64,000 bases of DNA, taken from NCBI GenBank assembly GCA_964016885.1, contig OZ024742.1:278194001-278258000 (forward strand), in the 5' to 3' direction. Both the position numbers and the translations under genes were made by a program. The stretch's first letter is position 1; every line of letters begins with the position of its first letter. Shown here one piece after another: positions 15,155 to 29,387 of the stretch. The notes under the pieces were generated by a model that saw only the letters and a program-made list of their open reading frames with translations, did no database searches and was not told where the DNA came from. The stretch comes from Eledone cirrhosa (taxonomy: Eukaryota).

Positions 15155-15561
15155 CTGGCTGTGTGGCTGGATGATTGTGTGTGTCTGTGTGCATTTTATT
15201 GTATGTCATTAAACTTTAGAAATCCAATATCAGCCTATTCGCTGATATGAAAATCTGGCTGAGCAGTGCATCTGCTAATATGCAAATCTGACTGATCAGA
15301 CAGTCACCTAATATGTAAATCAGGCCGATCAATCCAGAAAATATCAAATATTCTGACTAGCACTGGCAGTTGGCAGGTAAACAGTATACCGCACTGATGA
15401 AGGGTAATCACCTAGAAGAATTAGTGTCTGCCTTTCTGTTTAAATGGCAACACAGAAGCAAGAATGACGAGGTTGTTCTACTCACATGGCTTAAGAGGCT
15501 GAGTGCATAATTGCAAACGAATCGAATACTATCAATATTGGAAAAACACAGATTTACATTT

Positions 15562-15638
<77 letters not shown>

Positions 15639-15709
15639 GCTCATATGACCCAACGCTCTGATACAATCAACACCATAAACACAGAGCTGGCATATCTAAG
15701 AATTGACTA

Positions 15710-15765
15710 ACTGCCTGATGAGGTCATAGACACTCAATGGCTATCATCGAAATATATATAGCAGT
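15710..15765 (+). ncRNA. Type I hammerhead ribozyme in a ~170-bp island between (TA)n tracts
   Basis: ACUGC-CUGAUGA-GGUcAUAG...CUAUcAUC-GAAA-UAUAUA-UA^-GCAGU. Confidence 0.85.
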
Positions 15766-15801
15766 AAATAAAAGATTATGAGTTCATGCATTTGACTTAT
15801 G

Positions 15802-15858
<57 letters not shown>

Positions 15859-16114
15859 ATCATGAACAATGCTGAAATAGCAATAACCCATCTGGGGCAC
15901 CTGAAAAGGGAGTAATGATGATTGGTTATAGTTTTCTTGTGCGTCATCGTTTCTTGTACTTAATTTTAGTTTTCCTATTTTTCGTGTTCTTTTGTGCAAT
16001 TCTCCGAGCGTGAAGACACGCACACACGAACAGGCATATATATAGAAACAGGTTTAATGGATGTCATAATATTCTACGAAAATTCTTTAACTCCAACGAA
16101 ATGGCATAATATTA

Positions 16115-19100
16115 AAAACAAATTATTTACCATAAAGGCATAACAAGAAGGGACAAATACAAAGGGGGAGTTTATATACAATCGAGTAAAAAGGGTGTAA
16201 AATGAAAATAATCGAAAACAACCTCAAAAGGGAGGGGACGTGATGGGGGTTGCACCCCCCCCCCCTCCCGAAAAAGTGTGCAATCCTTTGCCCGGGGAGC
16301 ACGTGGAGAAGGTGCTCCCCGGGCAAAGGATTGCCTGTGGCCAAGCACCTCTCTCTCCATTCTTATCCTTCTTCCAAAGTGATATCGGAAGAAGTAGACC
16401 AGACTATGGCCAGAGAGGAAGTTGCCTGACCTCAGACCTTTCAATCGTGTCCACCAAACAACCTCTTTCAACATGGCTGTTACGCACAGAAAAACCGCCT
16501 TTGCTTCCTTTGTGAAGAGGGGAGGCGGTTTGATTGTCATCACGGACTCGGTGGTCAATTGAATTGGCGCCATCCGTGACAGCAGTCGTTCGGCGTAGCC
16601 CCACAGATCAGCCACGCCCGGACATTGCACCAATGCGTGCGCAACGTTTCTTCGTGACGCACGCATCTAGGGCAAATCTTTTTCGAGGGATCCCTGCCCG
16701 GGTGCCCGTGTCTGTAGAGCCTCTCTCGAACGGGTAGAGCCCCCCGGTAGCACTGCCAGGCTAGTGACTTCTGGAAGTTGTCCATTGGTCCCGGGCCGAA
16801 AGTCCTACCGAACAGGCTGGCCAGTTCGTCCTCTTCCATGTCCAGCGACTCTCCAAGGGTGGCATCGCCCCTGCTAGCCACCAGCCCTCTATAGAATGAT
16901 GAGGTGGATTCTCCACCGATGGCCTGGCCCGCTTGCCAGAGAGCCCTGAGCGCCTGAGCACACTCAGTGTGCCAGTCTCCCAGTTTTCCGGATCTTTGCT
17001 TGACCCAGGACTGCAGCTCGGTGAGCGAGACGAGTCTCGGAAAGGCTCGTTTCACGAACGGAGCCCACACCGGTTGACCAGTGAGGAATACCTGTAGGTG
17101 CCGTAGCCTTAATGCGTGCCTACGCATCATCAACCACGGCATCCCCAGCCCTCCTTTCGAAGGTTGATGGCAGCAGATGGATCTTCTCACCATAGGAGGG
17201 CGCTTCTTCCAAAGAAATTGGAAGAGCATGCGTTCCATGGTGGTGAGTGTTTCCTTAGGGCAAGGCACGACAGTCAGTTGGTAGTAAGTGACGGACGCTA
17301 TGTAAATGTTCGCCACCTCCGCCCTGCCTTTTAGGGACAGCTTACACTTGGCCCATTTCTGGGTTAGTGCAAACACCTTGTTCGTAACCTCGTCCCAGTT
17401 CTTTTCCACCTGGAGGTCCGGTCCAAACCAGACCCAAAGCAACTTTACCGGGCCCTCCGTCCAGTGTCCGACGACACCGTCGGGAGGCATCGGTCTACCT
17501 CTCCACGTTCCGAGTTGCAGCCCGATGGATTTTTCCCGGTTCAGTTTCGCTCCTGACAACCTTTCGTAATCCTCCAGTAAGGTACCGATCGCCTCGATCT
17601 CCGAGTCGGTCGATACCATTACTGTTACGTCATCGGCGTAGGCCGACACCGCTTTGCTCAATCCTGGTTCCAAGGGGGATACCTTGCAACAACTCTAACT
17701 TCCTCAGTAAAGGCTCGAGAGTCAATACGTACAGAAGGGAGGAGAGAGGGCACCCCTGTCGAATGGATCGTGTGATTTCGAACGGCTTCGAAAGGTAGCC
17801 GTTCACCTTGATCCTAGAACAGATGTGGTTGCTATGTAAGGCAGTGATCCAGCCTCTGAAAACAGAACCTAACCCAGCCGCCGCTAGCACCGCATCCATG
17901 TAACCATGGTCGACCCTATCGAAGACCTTAGACTGATACAAGTTGATAAGGGCCCCACCGAAGCCGGTTTTGTTGCCAACCTTCTCTATGATGTATCGCA
18001 TGAGGTGGAGGTTATCGTGAATGGACCTGGATGGGATAGCACATGTCTGCGCATCTCCCACCAGGCTACCCACGACAAGCGCCAACCTCTTTGCTAACAC
18101 CTTGGCCAGAATCTTTAACTCTGTGTTTAGCAGGGTTATGGGCCGAAAATTATTTATACTATCCCCCTTGTTCTCGTCCTTCCTCACCAGCGAGACTACG
18201 CCCTTGGCTACAGAACAAGGAATTCTCCCGTTCTGCTGCCAATTGCAGTAGATCGCTTCGAGGAGTTCGGAGAAGAAGACCGGCATTGCTAAATAAAGTT
18301 CGTAAGGTATACCATCGAGACCTGGAGATTTCCGTCTGCTGCATTGGCTCAGCGCATCTCCGATCTCATCAGCCGAGATTGGTCCCTCTCAGGACTCTGC
18401 CTCTTCGCTCGAGAGACGCGGCAGGCCGTGGAGGTATGGACCGAAATCCACGTCCCCGCCCGGACCGTCGCCTCCCCCGAATAATCGGGCAAAGTGCCTT
18501 TGAAAGGCCTCGCACATCTGCTTAGGCTCCCGGATCACCCGTCCATCCTGGTCTTGCAACGACCGGATGGTGGATCGATTTCCACTCTTAGCTTCTGTCA
18601 CACGGGCCCAGCCAACGGCTTTGGCCCCCTCATTACCTAGAACACGTATTTTACTTCGAATAACGCAGCCTTCGTCTTTGCATCGAAAAACTGGTTCAAG
18701 GCCGTCCTCGATGCCAGCACTCTGGCCACATCTTTGCTCTTGATTGCCTCTTCTAATTTACCTGTTAATTCTTTCTCGTTTCTATTCCTATCGGCAGCTA
18801 ACATCTTGCTATAACTTATTGATTCTGTTCTAATCTCTCTTTTGAGAGATGCCCACCATCGGTTGTTGACGATTGCACCCGTCAACCTCTCCTTAACTAA
18901 TCTGCTAATCCGGTTTCTGTAAGTCTCTTTTGCCGGTAAAGATAAATTAAGTTTCCAGTAACCGGGACCCTGTTTATGTGTTTTCTCGAGATTGACTACG
19001 CAGGTCACTAATTTGTGATCCGTATAGCCAACCGTGCGCATTTCTGGACAGCTTAATATGTCCCTATCCTTACTTCTAACTAAGAATCTATCTAAGTACG

Positions 19101-19623
19101 ATCTAGATTGACCACTGTGGTTTCTCCAAGTCCAGGTAGGCACAGTTGGAAAATCTAGTCGATATCTATCGACCAAGTTAAAACGGTTGAGTAACCCCTT
19201 GAGGCTGTTACACCCCCCTCTATTAGGACATGCTCCTGAATAGTCCCAACGTGCATCTAGGATGTCATTCCAATCCCCCGCTAGAAGCAGGGAACGCTAC
19301 GTTCCCAGAAAAGTCTCCAAACGCTGGAAGAAGTCGGGCCGTTCAGCTCCGAAAGGGGAGTAGACGGCGACCAATCTCAAGGCCGCACCTTCACTACTGC
19401 CAACGTCTAGCACCAACAAACGACCCTCCGGGTCCGAGTGAACAACCTGTACGGCAAGACCCAGGTGGTTTTGCAGCAGTACGACAACCCCACCCCCACC
19501 TCCAGGTTGACAGAGAGATGCATGCACCTCAAAGTCATCGAAGGTAGGGGCCAGCTGCCACACGACGCTGATCCGAGTCTCACAGATAACCATTACATTT
19601 ATACCACATGACCTGAATGGCAT
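16115..19623 (-). mobile_element. Tx1/L1-clade LINE, near-complete ORF2 (APE endonuclease, RT, C-terminal zinc knuckle), frameshifted
   Basis: APE motifs ICETR, SYLDRF, YTDH and GPGYWKLN; RT motifs NFRPITLLNTELKILAK, IRQGCPLS and AYADD; C-terminal CPRC..EET..H..C; split over at least 6 ORFs. Confidence 0.95.
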
Positions 19624-19699
19624 AATAGATAGATAGATGGGTAGATAGAGAGAGAGAGATAGATAGATAGATAGAGAGATAGAGAAATAGATAGATATA

Positions 19700-20062
19700 T
19701 TTATATTTCTTTATTGGCCACAAGTGCGCACAAGAAAAGGGGACAATACAAAGACACATGCCGGGGATTTTACATACAATCGTGTAAAAATATTATTAAA
19801 ACAAACAAATTTAACAATCAAAATCCCCAATAGGGGGAGGCGTTACAAATGGGTTGTTTAATACCCCGTCGATAGAACAACTATCAACTTCAGGAGTGTG
19901 TTGTGCAAGTGCCCCTTTCTTCCTTTTGCTCTCTTCTTCAACTTACAGGTTTATATACAGAGAAGGCCCAATCACTCAGGCCATTTTTGCTACTTTCACC
20001 CACCTTTCAGTAAATTTACTGGGGTGCAGTGCCTCTCGCTCCACTCTGATTCTCCTTCTAAG
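19700..20062 (-). mobile_element. 5'-truncated Tx1-type LINE 3' end, flanked by (GATA)n
   Basis: LRRRIRVEREALHPSKFTERWVKVA matches the ORF2 end at about 16330-16400; shared 3' UTR ggggacaatac. Confidence 0.75.
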
Positions 20063-20569
20063 ATAGATAGATAGAAAGAAGGTAGAAATACAGGTATATT
20101 TGAACCCGAACTGTTAAATGCCTGAAATTAAATAAAACTGTGAAGCATTTACACAGAATTTCTGCAGTTTTCACCCAACCTACTGCCCTATACTTCTTGC
20201 TGTAATAATATCTAAAAGAGCAAAAATAAAAAGATCAACAAAACAATAAAAACACAAATAACACTACAACAATTAGATACAAAATAAAATAAAATTAAAA
20301 AAAGTGTTATAAAAGCAACATAATTACAGCATGAAAAAAAAATGAATAATAACAGGAACAGCAATAACAACAGCCACAACAATAAAAGCAATTACAAAAA
20401 CAACAACAACCATGTCTACTGCAAAATAAACTGCCATAGAAACAATAGCAACATTATGATTGAGTTATTTCGTTTAAAAATATCTTTGAAGACAGAAAAC
20501 ATGAGGCAGACTATAATGAACAAAAGAGATAAACAATAACATAAATTCATAAATAAAATTTAAAAAAAT

Positions 20570-21330
20570 AACAACAACCTCTTCACTCCCAGCATCACCA
20601 CTACCACCACAACCTCTGTCTCCAACACCAACTTCAATACCACCATCACCACAACCACCACCACCAAAACAATCACAACAACAACAGTCGCAGCAGCAAT
20701 CACACTAATAACATCACCACCACCACTACCATCATCACCACCACCAGGAAAAACAACCACAGCAGCAGCAACAGCAACAACGCCATCACCTCCTCCACCA
20801 TTACTACCAAGGCCACCAACACCACAACCACCACCACCACCACCAAAAAACAACAACAACAGCAACAACAGAAGCAGCAGCAACAACACAAGCAATATCA
20901 CCACCACTACCACCAACATCACCAACAACTACAACAGCAGAAAAACATCATCACCACCAAAACCACTACCACCAACACCATCACGACCACCACCACTACC
21001 AACACCACCAACACCACCACCATCACCACCACCATCACCACCGCCAACACCACCACCACCAACAACAACAATAACAACACCACCACCATTACCATCACCA
21101 CTTCCACCATCACCAACGCCATAAACACCGCTACCACCACCACCACCAACAACAACAAAAACATCATCAGTGTCATCACCACCACCACCAACACTACCAC
21201 CACTACCAACAACAACTACAACAAAAACATCATCACTGCCATCACCACCACCACTAGCAACGCCACCAACACAGTCATAACCGGCACCACCACCACCACC
21301 ACCATCAACAACAGCAACAACACCATCTCA
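20570..21330. repeat. (CAC/CAA/CAT)n low-complexity tract
   Basis: Direct reading. Confidence 0.9.
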
Positions 21331-21476
21331 GACAACAATATTATTAATATGAATGATATCGATGATATGGTGTTGATGTTGATAATCATAGAATCTTGAG
21401 TAATATGTTAAAGTTTTTGAAAAATGTTTCATTGTAAAGCAGACGTTATGGAGGAGAGAGAAGGGGATAGAGATAG

Positions 21477-21554
<78 letters not shown>

Positions 21555-21829
21555 GTTAGATCGGAAATGATGTGTACTGGATAATTGTTAAAGGTAATTG
21601 TTCATCGACAGCAATTAATCGTACAGTTGTTAAAGAAATGGCAAAGATAAAATGGCGCATAACTGCTACAGCGAAAGTGGTTTCCGCCATATTGGTTTAA
21701 ATACGCACGCATGTATGCAGCAGGCATTCCATTCACTGATAAACAAGGCACATACATTCATATTTACACATACACACATACGTAAACACGCATACTCGCA
21801 CACATAGACAGCTGTGTATAGGTAGACAT

Positions 21830-22460
<631 letters not shown>

Positions 22461-23029
22461 GTGCGTGAGTGCGTACGTGCAACAAACAATTCATTATTGT
22501 TAAAATTTTAATATTATTACATAAATGTACTACGTACGCACGTGCTCATTACTATTTGTATAGCTATGTATATGTATAATTATCTATAGATAAATGTATA
22601 TGTGTGCATGTATATACATATGTTTATATATGTATGCACATATATTTCCATACAAACTGACATACAACACATACATATATATATATAAACAATATCTGGG
22701 ATATTTTTGTTGTGGTTATCCTTACTATCATTATTACCACTATTTTAATAACAACATTATAGTTATCACCCCCCCCCCCCCTCTCATCACGATCATCATC
22801 ATCATCATTATCATCATCAGCATGATGTTCATCATCATTATCATCATCGTCGTCGTCAACATCATCATCTGAAATAAATGAATAAATAAATAGATAGAAG
22901 TATAACACAATAGCGACAAACTCAATCGATTTATCAATCTGAATATAATGTGTGTCTATCAAGAGGAGGTAATTATTGTTAACAATAAATAGCAGGTTGT
23001 GCGGGACGGAAGAGTGAGAGAAAAAGTGA

Positions 23030-23105
23030 CAGGCAGAGATGGAGAGAGAGATGGAGAGAGTGGTCGAGAGAGAGAGAGAGAGAGAGAGAGAAGGTTTATA
23101 TATAT

Positions 23106-23171
<66 letters not shown>

Positions 23172-23236
23172 GGGGAAGATGAATGAGGTAGGTATAAACG
23201 AATCAGAGAGTAAGCGAGCAAGTGATATATATATAT

Positions 23237-23292
<56 letters not shown>

Positions 23293-23322
23293 GGACGGAG
23301 AGATACATAGCGGAGAGAGAGA

Positions 23323-23391
<69 letters not shown>

Positions 23392-23410
23392 GGAGGGAGA
23401 GAGAGAGAGG

Positions 23411-23470
<60 letters not shown>
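23030..23470. repeat. (GA)n/(TA)n microsatellite block
   Basis: Direct reading. Confidence 0.95.
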
Positions 23471-24007
23471 ATATATAGCTCTTGAGAGAGACCAAGGAGA
23501 GAAATAAGAAATCAAAATGGAAGAAACGAGATGGTGGTGGGTTGGATGGGTATTTAATTTCTATAAAATTGTCTAAGACATTGATATTCATTCATGGTTC
23601 TTTCTCTTTGTCTTTTCTATTTTTGTAAAATTATTTTAAAAAATTATTTCATCTTTGTTTTCCTATCTGATGCGATAACATAACAAGTAATATTGCGAAA
23701 ATTATTTCAGTAGAAAATACCGACAAGAATTTAATAATAGGAAAATGTACAACAACAAACAAACTTCACATAAAACACTAAGTCCTATAAAATACTTAAA
23801 AATGGAATAAAATAAAATGGTAATATACTTCACACATATATACATCCACACACACACAGAGGGAGAGAGAAATACGCACTTACACACACATGATGAATTA
23901 AAGGGAGACAAATATACGAGACACACACACACACACACACACACATACACATATGCATGTATGTACGTATGTATATATACATATACATACGTACATACAT
24001 GCATATA

Positions 24008-24050
<43 letters not shown>

Positions 24051-24199
24051 GATAGTAATTTGTTATTTATTTTCTACAAAGTTTAGTAACATTGAAGTGC
24101 AAACCAGAGCATTCTATACTTATACCACTCCACACATATATTCATAATATAATTCTCCGTGAGATTTATCGTGACACATCTTGGCTTATTAAATTACAG

Positions 24200-24301
24200 A
24201 AATCCCGCCGAGGTTAACTTTGCCTTTCATCCTTACGGGGTCGATAAAATAAGGTACCAGTAATCTACTGAATTGCTGACCTTGTGCCAAAAGTAGAAAC
24301 A
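24200..24301 (+). mobile_element. 5'-truncated main SINE with target-site duplication
   Basis: attaaattacag on both sides (24188-24199, 24302-24313). Confidence 0.88.
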
Positions 24302-24944
24302 ATTAAATTACAGTTGAGTGAATTGGAGTAATGTGCGTCTCCAGGGCTAATACAAGAATATTTCTATTATTTATAGCGATCGACTATGATTATAAACATT
24401 TACGACTAAATATACCTATACATTTCCCCCACAAAATGGTTGACAGAATACACATGTGTTTTTTCTCAAGTATTTTTCCTCTTTCACTCCTGTTCTTACT
24501 CTGTATCTTTCTATTTCATGTTTTATTTCGCATTCCATCTCCTGATGAATGGCGCGTGTCCGAAACATTAAAACTCCTTTCTTACTATATAAATCGTTCA
24601 ACTAATATATTTATTCTTTCTATAATGTAGTTTGCTTTGTTGCTTCCCTTTACTTTTTGCATATCTTCTTCTTCTTCTTCTTCTTCTTCTCTTCTTCTTC
24701 TCTTCTTCTTCTTCTTCTTCTTCTGGAGGTAGGATACTCACTGTGTGTGTGTGTGCATCTAAGTATCTACGAATGTTTGCATGTATGTATATATGAATAT
24801 AAAGTACCATTTAAGTGCTACCTTTGATTTAATCGACTTTTCTCTCCCCCTCTAATTGCTGTCCTTATGTATATATTAGAAGACATTGAATTTATTGTAT
24901 TTATTGATTTTTATTGTTAAAGGTAATAGTTTGTTGTTGCATAA

Positions 24945-25392
24945 TTAATAATAATAATAATTCCTTTATTGGCCATGAGGGCCGCCATATAGGGGACAAT
25001 ACACAAGACAGGGACAGTGGGAGTGGGTGGGGGGTTACATATATAAATATGTGTAAACAATCTAAATAATAAAAATACAACAATGAATATTCCCCTATAG
25101 GTGGGGATAATGACCGAGGCTGGACTCAAGTAATCCACCAATCCTGAACCACCCGTCGCTTCGAGGGCACCAGGAAAGAGCACTTTCTCTTCTCCTCAAA
25201 TTAACAGGCTTACAGGTGCATGTTCAGAGTAGGCCCATTGACACGGGCCATTCTCGCCTATATTCACCCACCTTTTAGCAAATGTACTGGGTGGCAGCAC
25301 TTCTCTATCCACCCTCACCTTCCTTTCCAAGTGAAACTTGAAAAAGTTGGTGAGGGATTAGCCGAAGAGAAAGTTATCTGTCTCCAATCCTT
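24945..25392 (-). mobile_element. 5'-truncated Tx1-type LINE 3' end with (ATT)n tail
   Basis: NFFKFHLERKVRVDREVLPPSTFAKRWV, homologous to the ORF2 C-terminus; aataaa followed by attattatt. Confidence 0.75.
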
Positions 25393-25805
25393 TCTACTTT
25401 AGGCACAAGGCCAGCAATTTGAAGGGGGTGGAGGTGCATAAATCCGACCCCAATACGTTATTGGTGCTTTATTTTATTGACCTCGTAAGGATGAAAAGCA
25501 AAGTTAAGCTCGGCAGCATTTGAACTCTGAACGTAAAAGGCCGTAACTCTCTAGAGCATGTTGTCCGACGCCCTCCTGATAAAGCCAATACAATAATAAT
25601 AATGGTTTCTTATATAAGCACGAGGCCATTAATTTGAAGGAGGTGGAAGAAGTCGATTAATTCGATTCCAGTAACTTATTGCTACTCTATTTTACCGACC
25701 CCGTAAGATTGAAAGGCAAAGCTTAACTCGGCGGGATTTGAACTCTGGGGCCGTAAATCTATGTTGCAAAGCATGGTGTCCGACGCTCTACCTATACATC
25801 CAATT
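25393..25805 (-). mobile_element. Two tandem main-SINE copies
   Basis: Two reverse-complement matches (about 25393-25590 and 25603-25805). Confidence 0.85.
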
Positions 25806-26130
25806 TAATAGAAATAAATTATAAAGACAAAAACAGTAATACCATTATTGATAAAATTTATTATTGTTGTGAGTGTTGTTGCTATATTTGTTGCTGCTAC
25901 AGGAGTTTGTTGTTTTCGTTGTTGAAATTATTTGTTGTTGTTGTTACTGTTGTAGTTTGTTGGTATTGTTTATTTCATATTGCTGTTATGGTAAAAATTA
26001 ATTATCTTCCAAAATAATATCTGATCAAACGACTTAACACATTTTCTTAAACAATACACCGAGAGGCTGGGTGTTGAACGACACATTGAATAGTGCACAT
26101 ACTGTGAAACTAAACTATGTCTGATATCTA

Positions 26131-26218
<88 letters not shown>

Positions 26219-26339
26219 CATACATATATATATATATAAAGATAGATAGATAGATAGATGTATATATCAGTCATAGCTTAGTTTCACAGTATGTGCTGAA
26301 TGTGTGTGTGTGTGATGTGTGAGTTTATCTTTCTATCTG

Positions 26340-26450
<111 letters not shown>

Positions 26451-26717
26451 TTGTTCGTCTTATAACGTCATATATTACCTGATAATGCCCAGTAACTAAT
26501 ACGTAGTTATATTTAATTTCGATGTGAAAGAAATAAACTGAAAGAATGAATTTCGAATATATCCATAAATAAATTTACTTTATGAAAGACTTCGCTTTTT
26601 TAGTCAGTGTAGAAAGAGGCAGTTTTCCTTCCAAGAATGCTTTCTGTAGATAAACAAGAATCCGACGTGTAAATCTATCTATAGTTTTTATACATTATTG
26701 ATAGTATGGACTGTGGA

Positions 26718-26905
26718 ATGGCGGTGGATTGGCAGTATCGGTAGAGGGTAGGACGCCATGCTTTCCAGCATAGTTACGTCCCTTTACGATCTGAGTTCAA
26801 ATCCCGCCGAGGTTAACTTTGCCTTTCATCCTTACGGGGTCGATAAAATAAAGTACCAGTAATGCACTGGGTAATTGCTGGCCTTGTGCCTAAAGTAGAA
26901 ACAAT
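26718..26905 (+). mobile_element. Main SINE, full length, with ~19-bp TSD
   Basis: attattgatagtRtggact at 26694-26712 and 26904-26922. Confidence 0.93.
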
Positions 26906-26989
26906 TATTGATAGTGTGGACTAGTCTGTATGCACTCACTTTATTTTACATCTGACTAGTATCCATCCACTTAATGTTTGCTTTTCCTT

Positions 26990-27430
26990 TTCCTCTCTTC
27001 CTAATCATTTTGCTTTCTATTAATAGTCCCCGAATCACTGTGAACTATTTTTCTAATTAAATGTCCGAAATATTTTAGTTTTCTCTCTTTGAAGTACTGT
27101 AATAAAATTTTCTCAGTTTTTTTAGTTTTATTACTTCATCATTGGTCGTGTGTTCTGTCTACGATATTCTCCAAAATCTTCTATATGTCTACATATGAAG
27201 ACCTTCTAATCTATTTGATGATACTTTTGTGAATGTCCATGTGTCAGCTCTATACAGTAAAGTGGAACACATAAATCTTTTAATTTTATTTTTCTGGTTT
27301 TGATATTAATATTTTTGGATGTTAATATATTTGACAAATTTTCAAATGATTTTCTAGCTATGCTTCTTTCTGTTTCTGATTACATATATCCGGGTATATT
27401 ATATTTGGTGTCTATCAGAGACGTTAAAGT
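26990..27430 (-). pseudogene. RTE-type LINE C-terminal fragment
   Basis: LLYRADTWTFTK..NRLEG....YRRFWRIS*TEHTTNDEV motif. Confidence 0.65.
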
Positions 27431-27807
27431 GTAGATAAAAAAATGTCTTTATGTATTTATTCGAGCTCCCTGCAATCTTAATTAAAATCGTACCGAAGTC
27501 AACTTTGTTTTTCATACTATTTGGAATATAAACTACCAGTCTAAGGCGACGGATTGGCGAGATTATTAGAGTGTAGGGTGAGATGCTTTGCTGTATTTTT
27601 CCTGACTGTTGTACTTTGGTTCAGTTCCTGGCGTAGTCTATTTAGTTGTTAAACTAAATCCATGGCCTGGTTTAACCCTCTTGTCAGTATATCTATAAAT
27701 AAATAAACCCTATTTCAAATATTTTCCGAAAGGTTTTGAAGGATTATTAACATTACTAATAATTTCATTTTGAAGTTGTTAACTGAATATTTGGATTTTA
27801 TGTAAAA

Positions 27808-28725
27808 CTAGCAGTGGTACCCGGCGTTGCACGGGATAGGGTATTTTGGAACACGGGCCGCCAACAGACCTAATCGTAGATAAACTGCATGCCTGGACAA
27901 TATGTAAAGAAAATAAACTGAATACTCTGATGGCTGGATAATCTTTAAGATTTTCCTCGATGAAACAGGAAAAATGCAGGTTTTCACCTAATGCGGGCCC
28001 TAGGAGATCAAGAAAATAAATTTTTTAATGTGCATAATATGCCTTGAAATGTCGGGTAAGCGGCTAGGCGTAACGCCTCAAAAAAGCCCTAAAAAGCTGA
28101 AAAAATAAAGTTTTTCACCTAATGCAGGCCCTAGGCCATAAAAAAAGTTGGATTTTCTTTGCTCACGGTATGTAGAAGAGACTGACTAATACATAGTTAC
28201 AATTTCAAGAAAATTGGTCTGACGTAACGCCTCAAAATATTCCTAAAAACCTAAAAAAACGCAGTTTTTCTCCTAATGCGGGCAATAGGGGATGAAAAAG
28301 TTGAATCTGTTATGTGCATAACACTCCCTGAAACATAAGTAATACACATGTAAAGTTTGAAAAAAGTCGGTCGGGTACTTCTCGAATTTTAGGGATTCAA
28401 ACTCTCTCTCACACCACACACAGACATCCTCAGGGAAGAGACGTAATGAAGACAGCCAGACATACAGACATATATTATAAGGGCGCGACGTTATATGTAT
28501 GTATCTATCTAAAAAGAGAAAGACTAAGAATTATAGAGAGAGATCGCTAAATCGCCTAATGCAGTCCCTAGGGAATTGAACATTTGAAATTGTTTTTGGT
28601 CAGAACACTCCCTGAAATATAAGTATTACATGTGGAAAGTTTGAAAACAGTAGGTTTGGTTGTTCTCGAGTTTTAGGGATTCGAACTCACACACACACAG
28701 ACATTCTCAGTTTTATATATATAGA
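27808..28725 (-). mobile_element. Non-autonomous Helitron (918 bp)
   Basis: 5' TC start, 3' hairpin cccgtgcaacgccggg followed by CTAG, inserted between A and T, no TSD; internal repeats cctaatgcRGKcMMtagg x4. Confidence 0.85.
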
Positions 28726-29299
28726 TTATTTTGGAAAATATTAATTTAAATAGGAACACTTAATAATGTATGGTTCTGTTTCATAGAACGAGCGTCGGTT
28801 AAGGCGTTTTGGTAATGAAAGGGCTAACAACATTACCTGGCCCTTGAGTGTTTTTAATTTCTGGTATGAGGATATTTACCTTTCGCTCTGCCACCAATTT
28901 CAGAGTACTTGAAAAAAGTCACGTGCACCACACTTTTGTATAAACAGTCAGAGTGTGAGTCTCCATCAATTATTATATTTCTATTATGTGAATGTTGTTT
29001 TTAGTTGATTGCCTTTTCAGACATATTGTATTTACGTGTGTATTATCTGATGTGTTCTGTTATGTTATGGTCTGATTTACCTGCTATTTATACACATCAT
29101 GTTATCACGCAAGACTGTTACTGTTTGTATTTAGCCCCAGATTAACCCTTTTCAAGCAAACCTTTGATCAAAGATATTTCATCCACGACTCTCCTAACTT
29201 TTCCTTATGTGCAAGGGACCCAGGACCCTATTATCCAAAGTGAACTTTTCTAAGACTGTGGCGTGTGATTTTTAGGTTGATTCAGCTAGTGATGATGGT

Positions 29300-29355
29300 G
29301 AGGGTGTTGATGTTAATGTTGATGATGATGATTATGATGATGGTGATGATAATAG

Positions 29356-29387
<32 letters not shown>

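Noticed and set aside
15391-15430. CTGATGA-aggg..cct-agaagaatta
   Set aside because: GAAA and stems I/III not satisfied; at best a very decayed HHR
27985-28575. Regularly spaced ~18-bp repeats (CRISPR-like at a glance)
   Set aside because: Spacers are mutually homologous and too long; internal tandem units of a eukaryotic Helitron, with no cas genes
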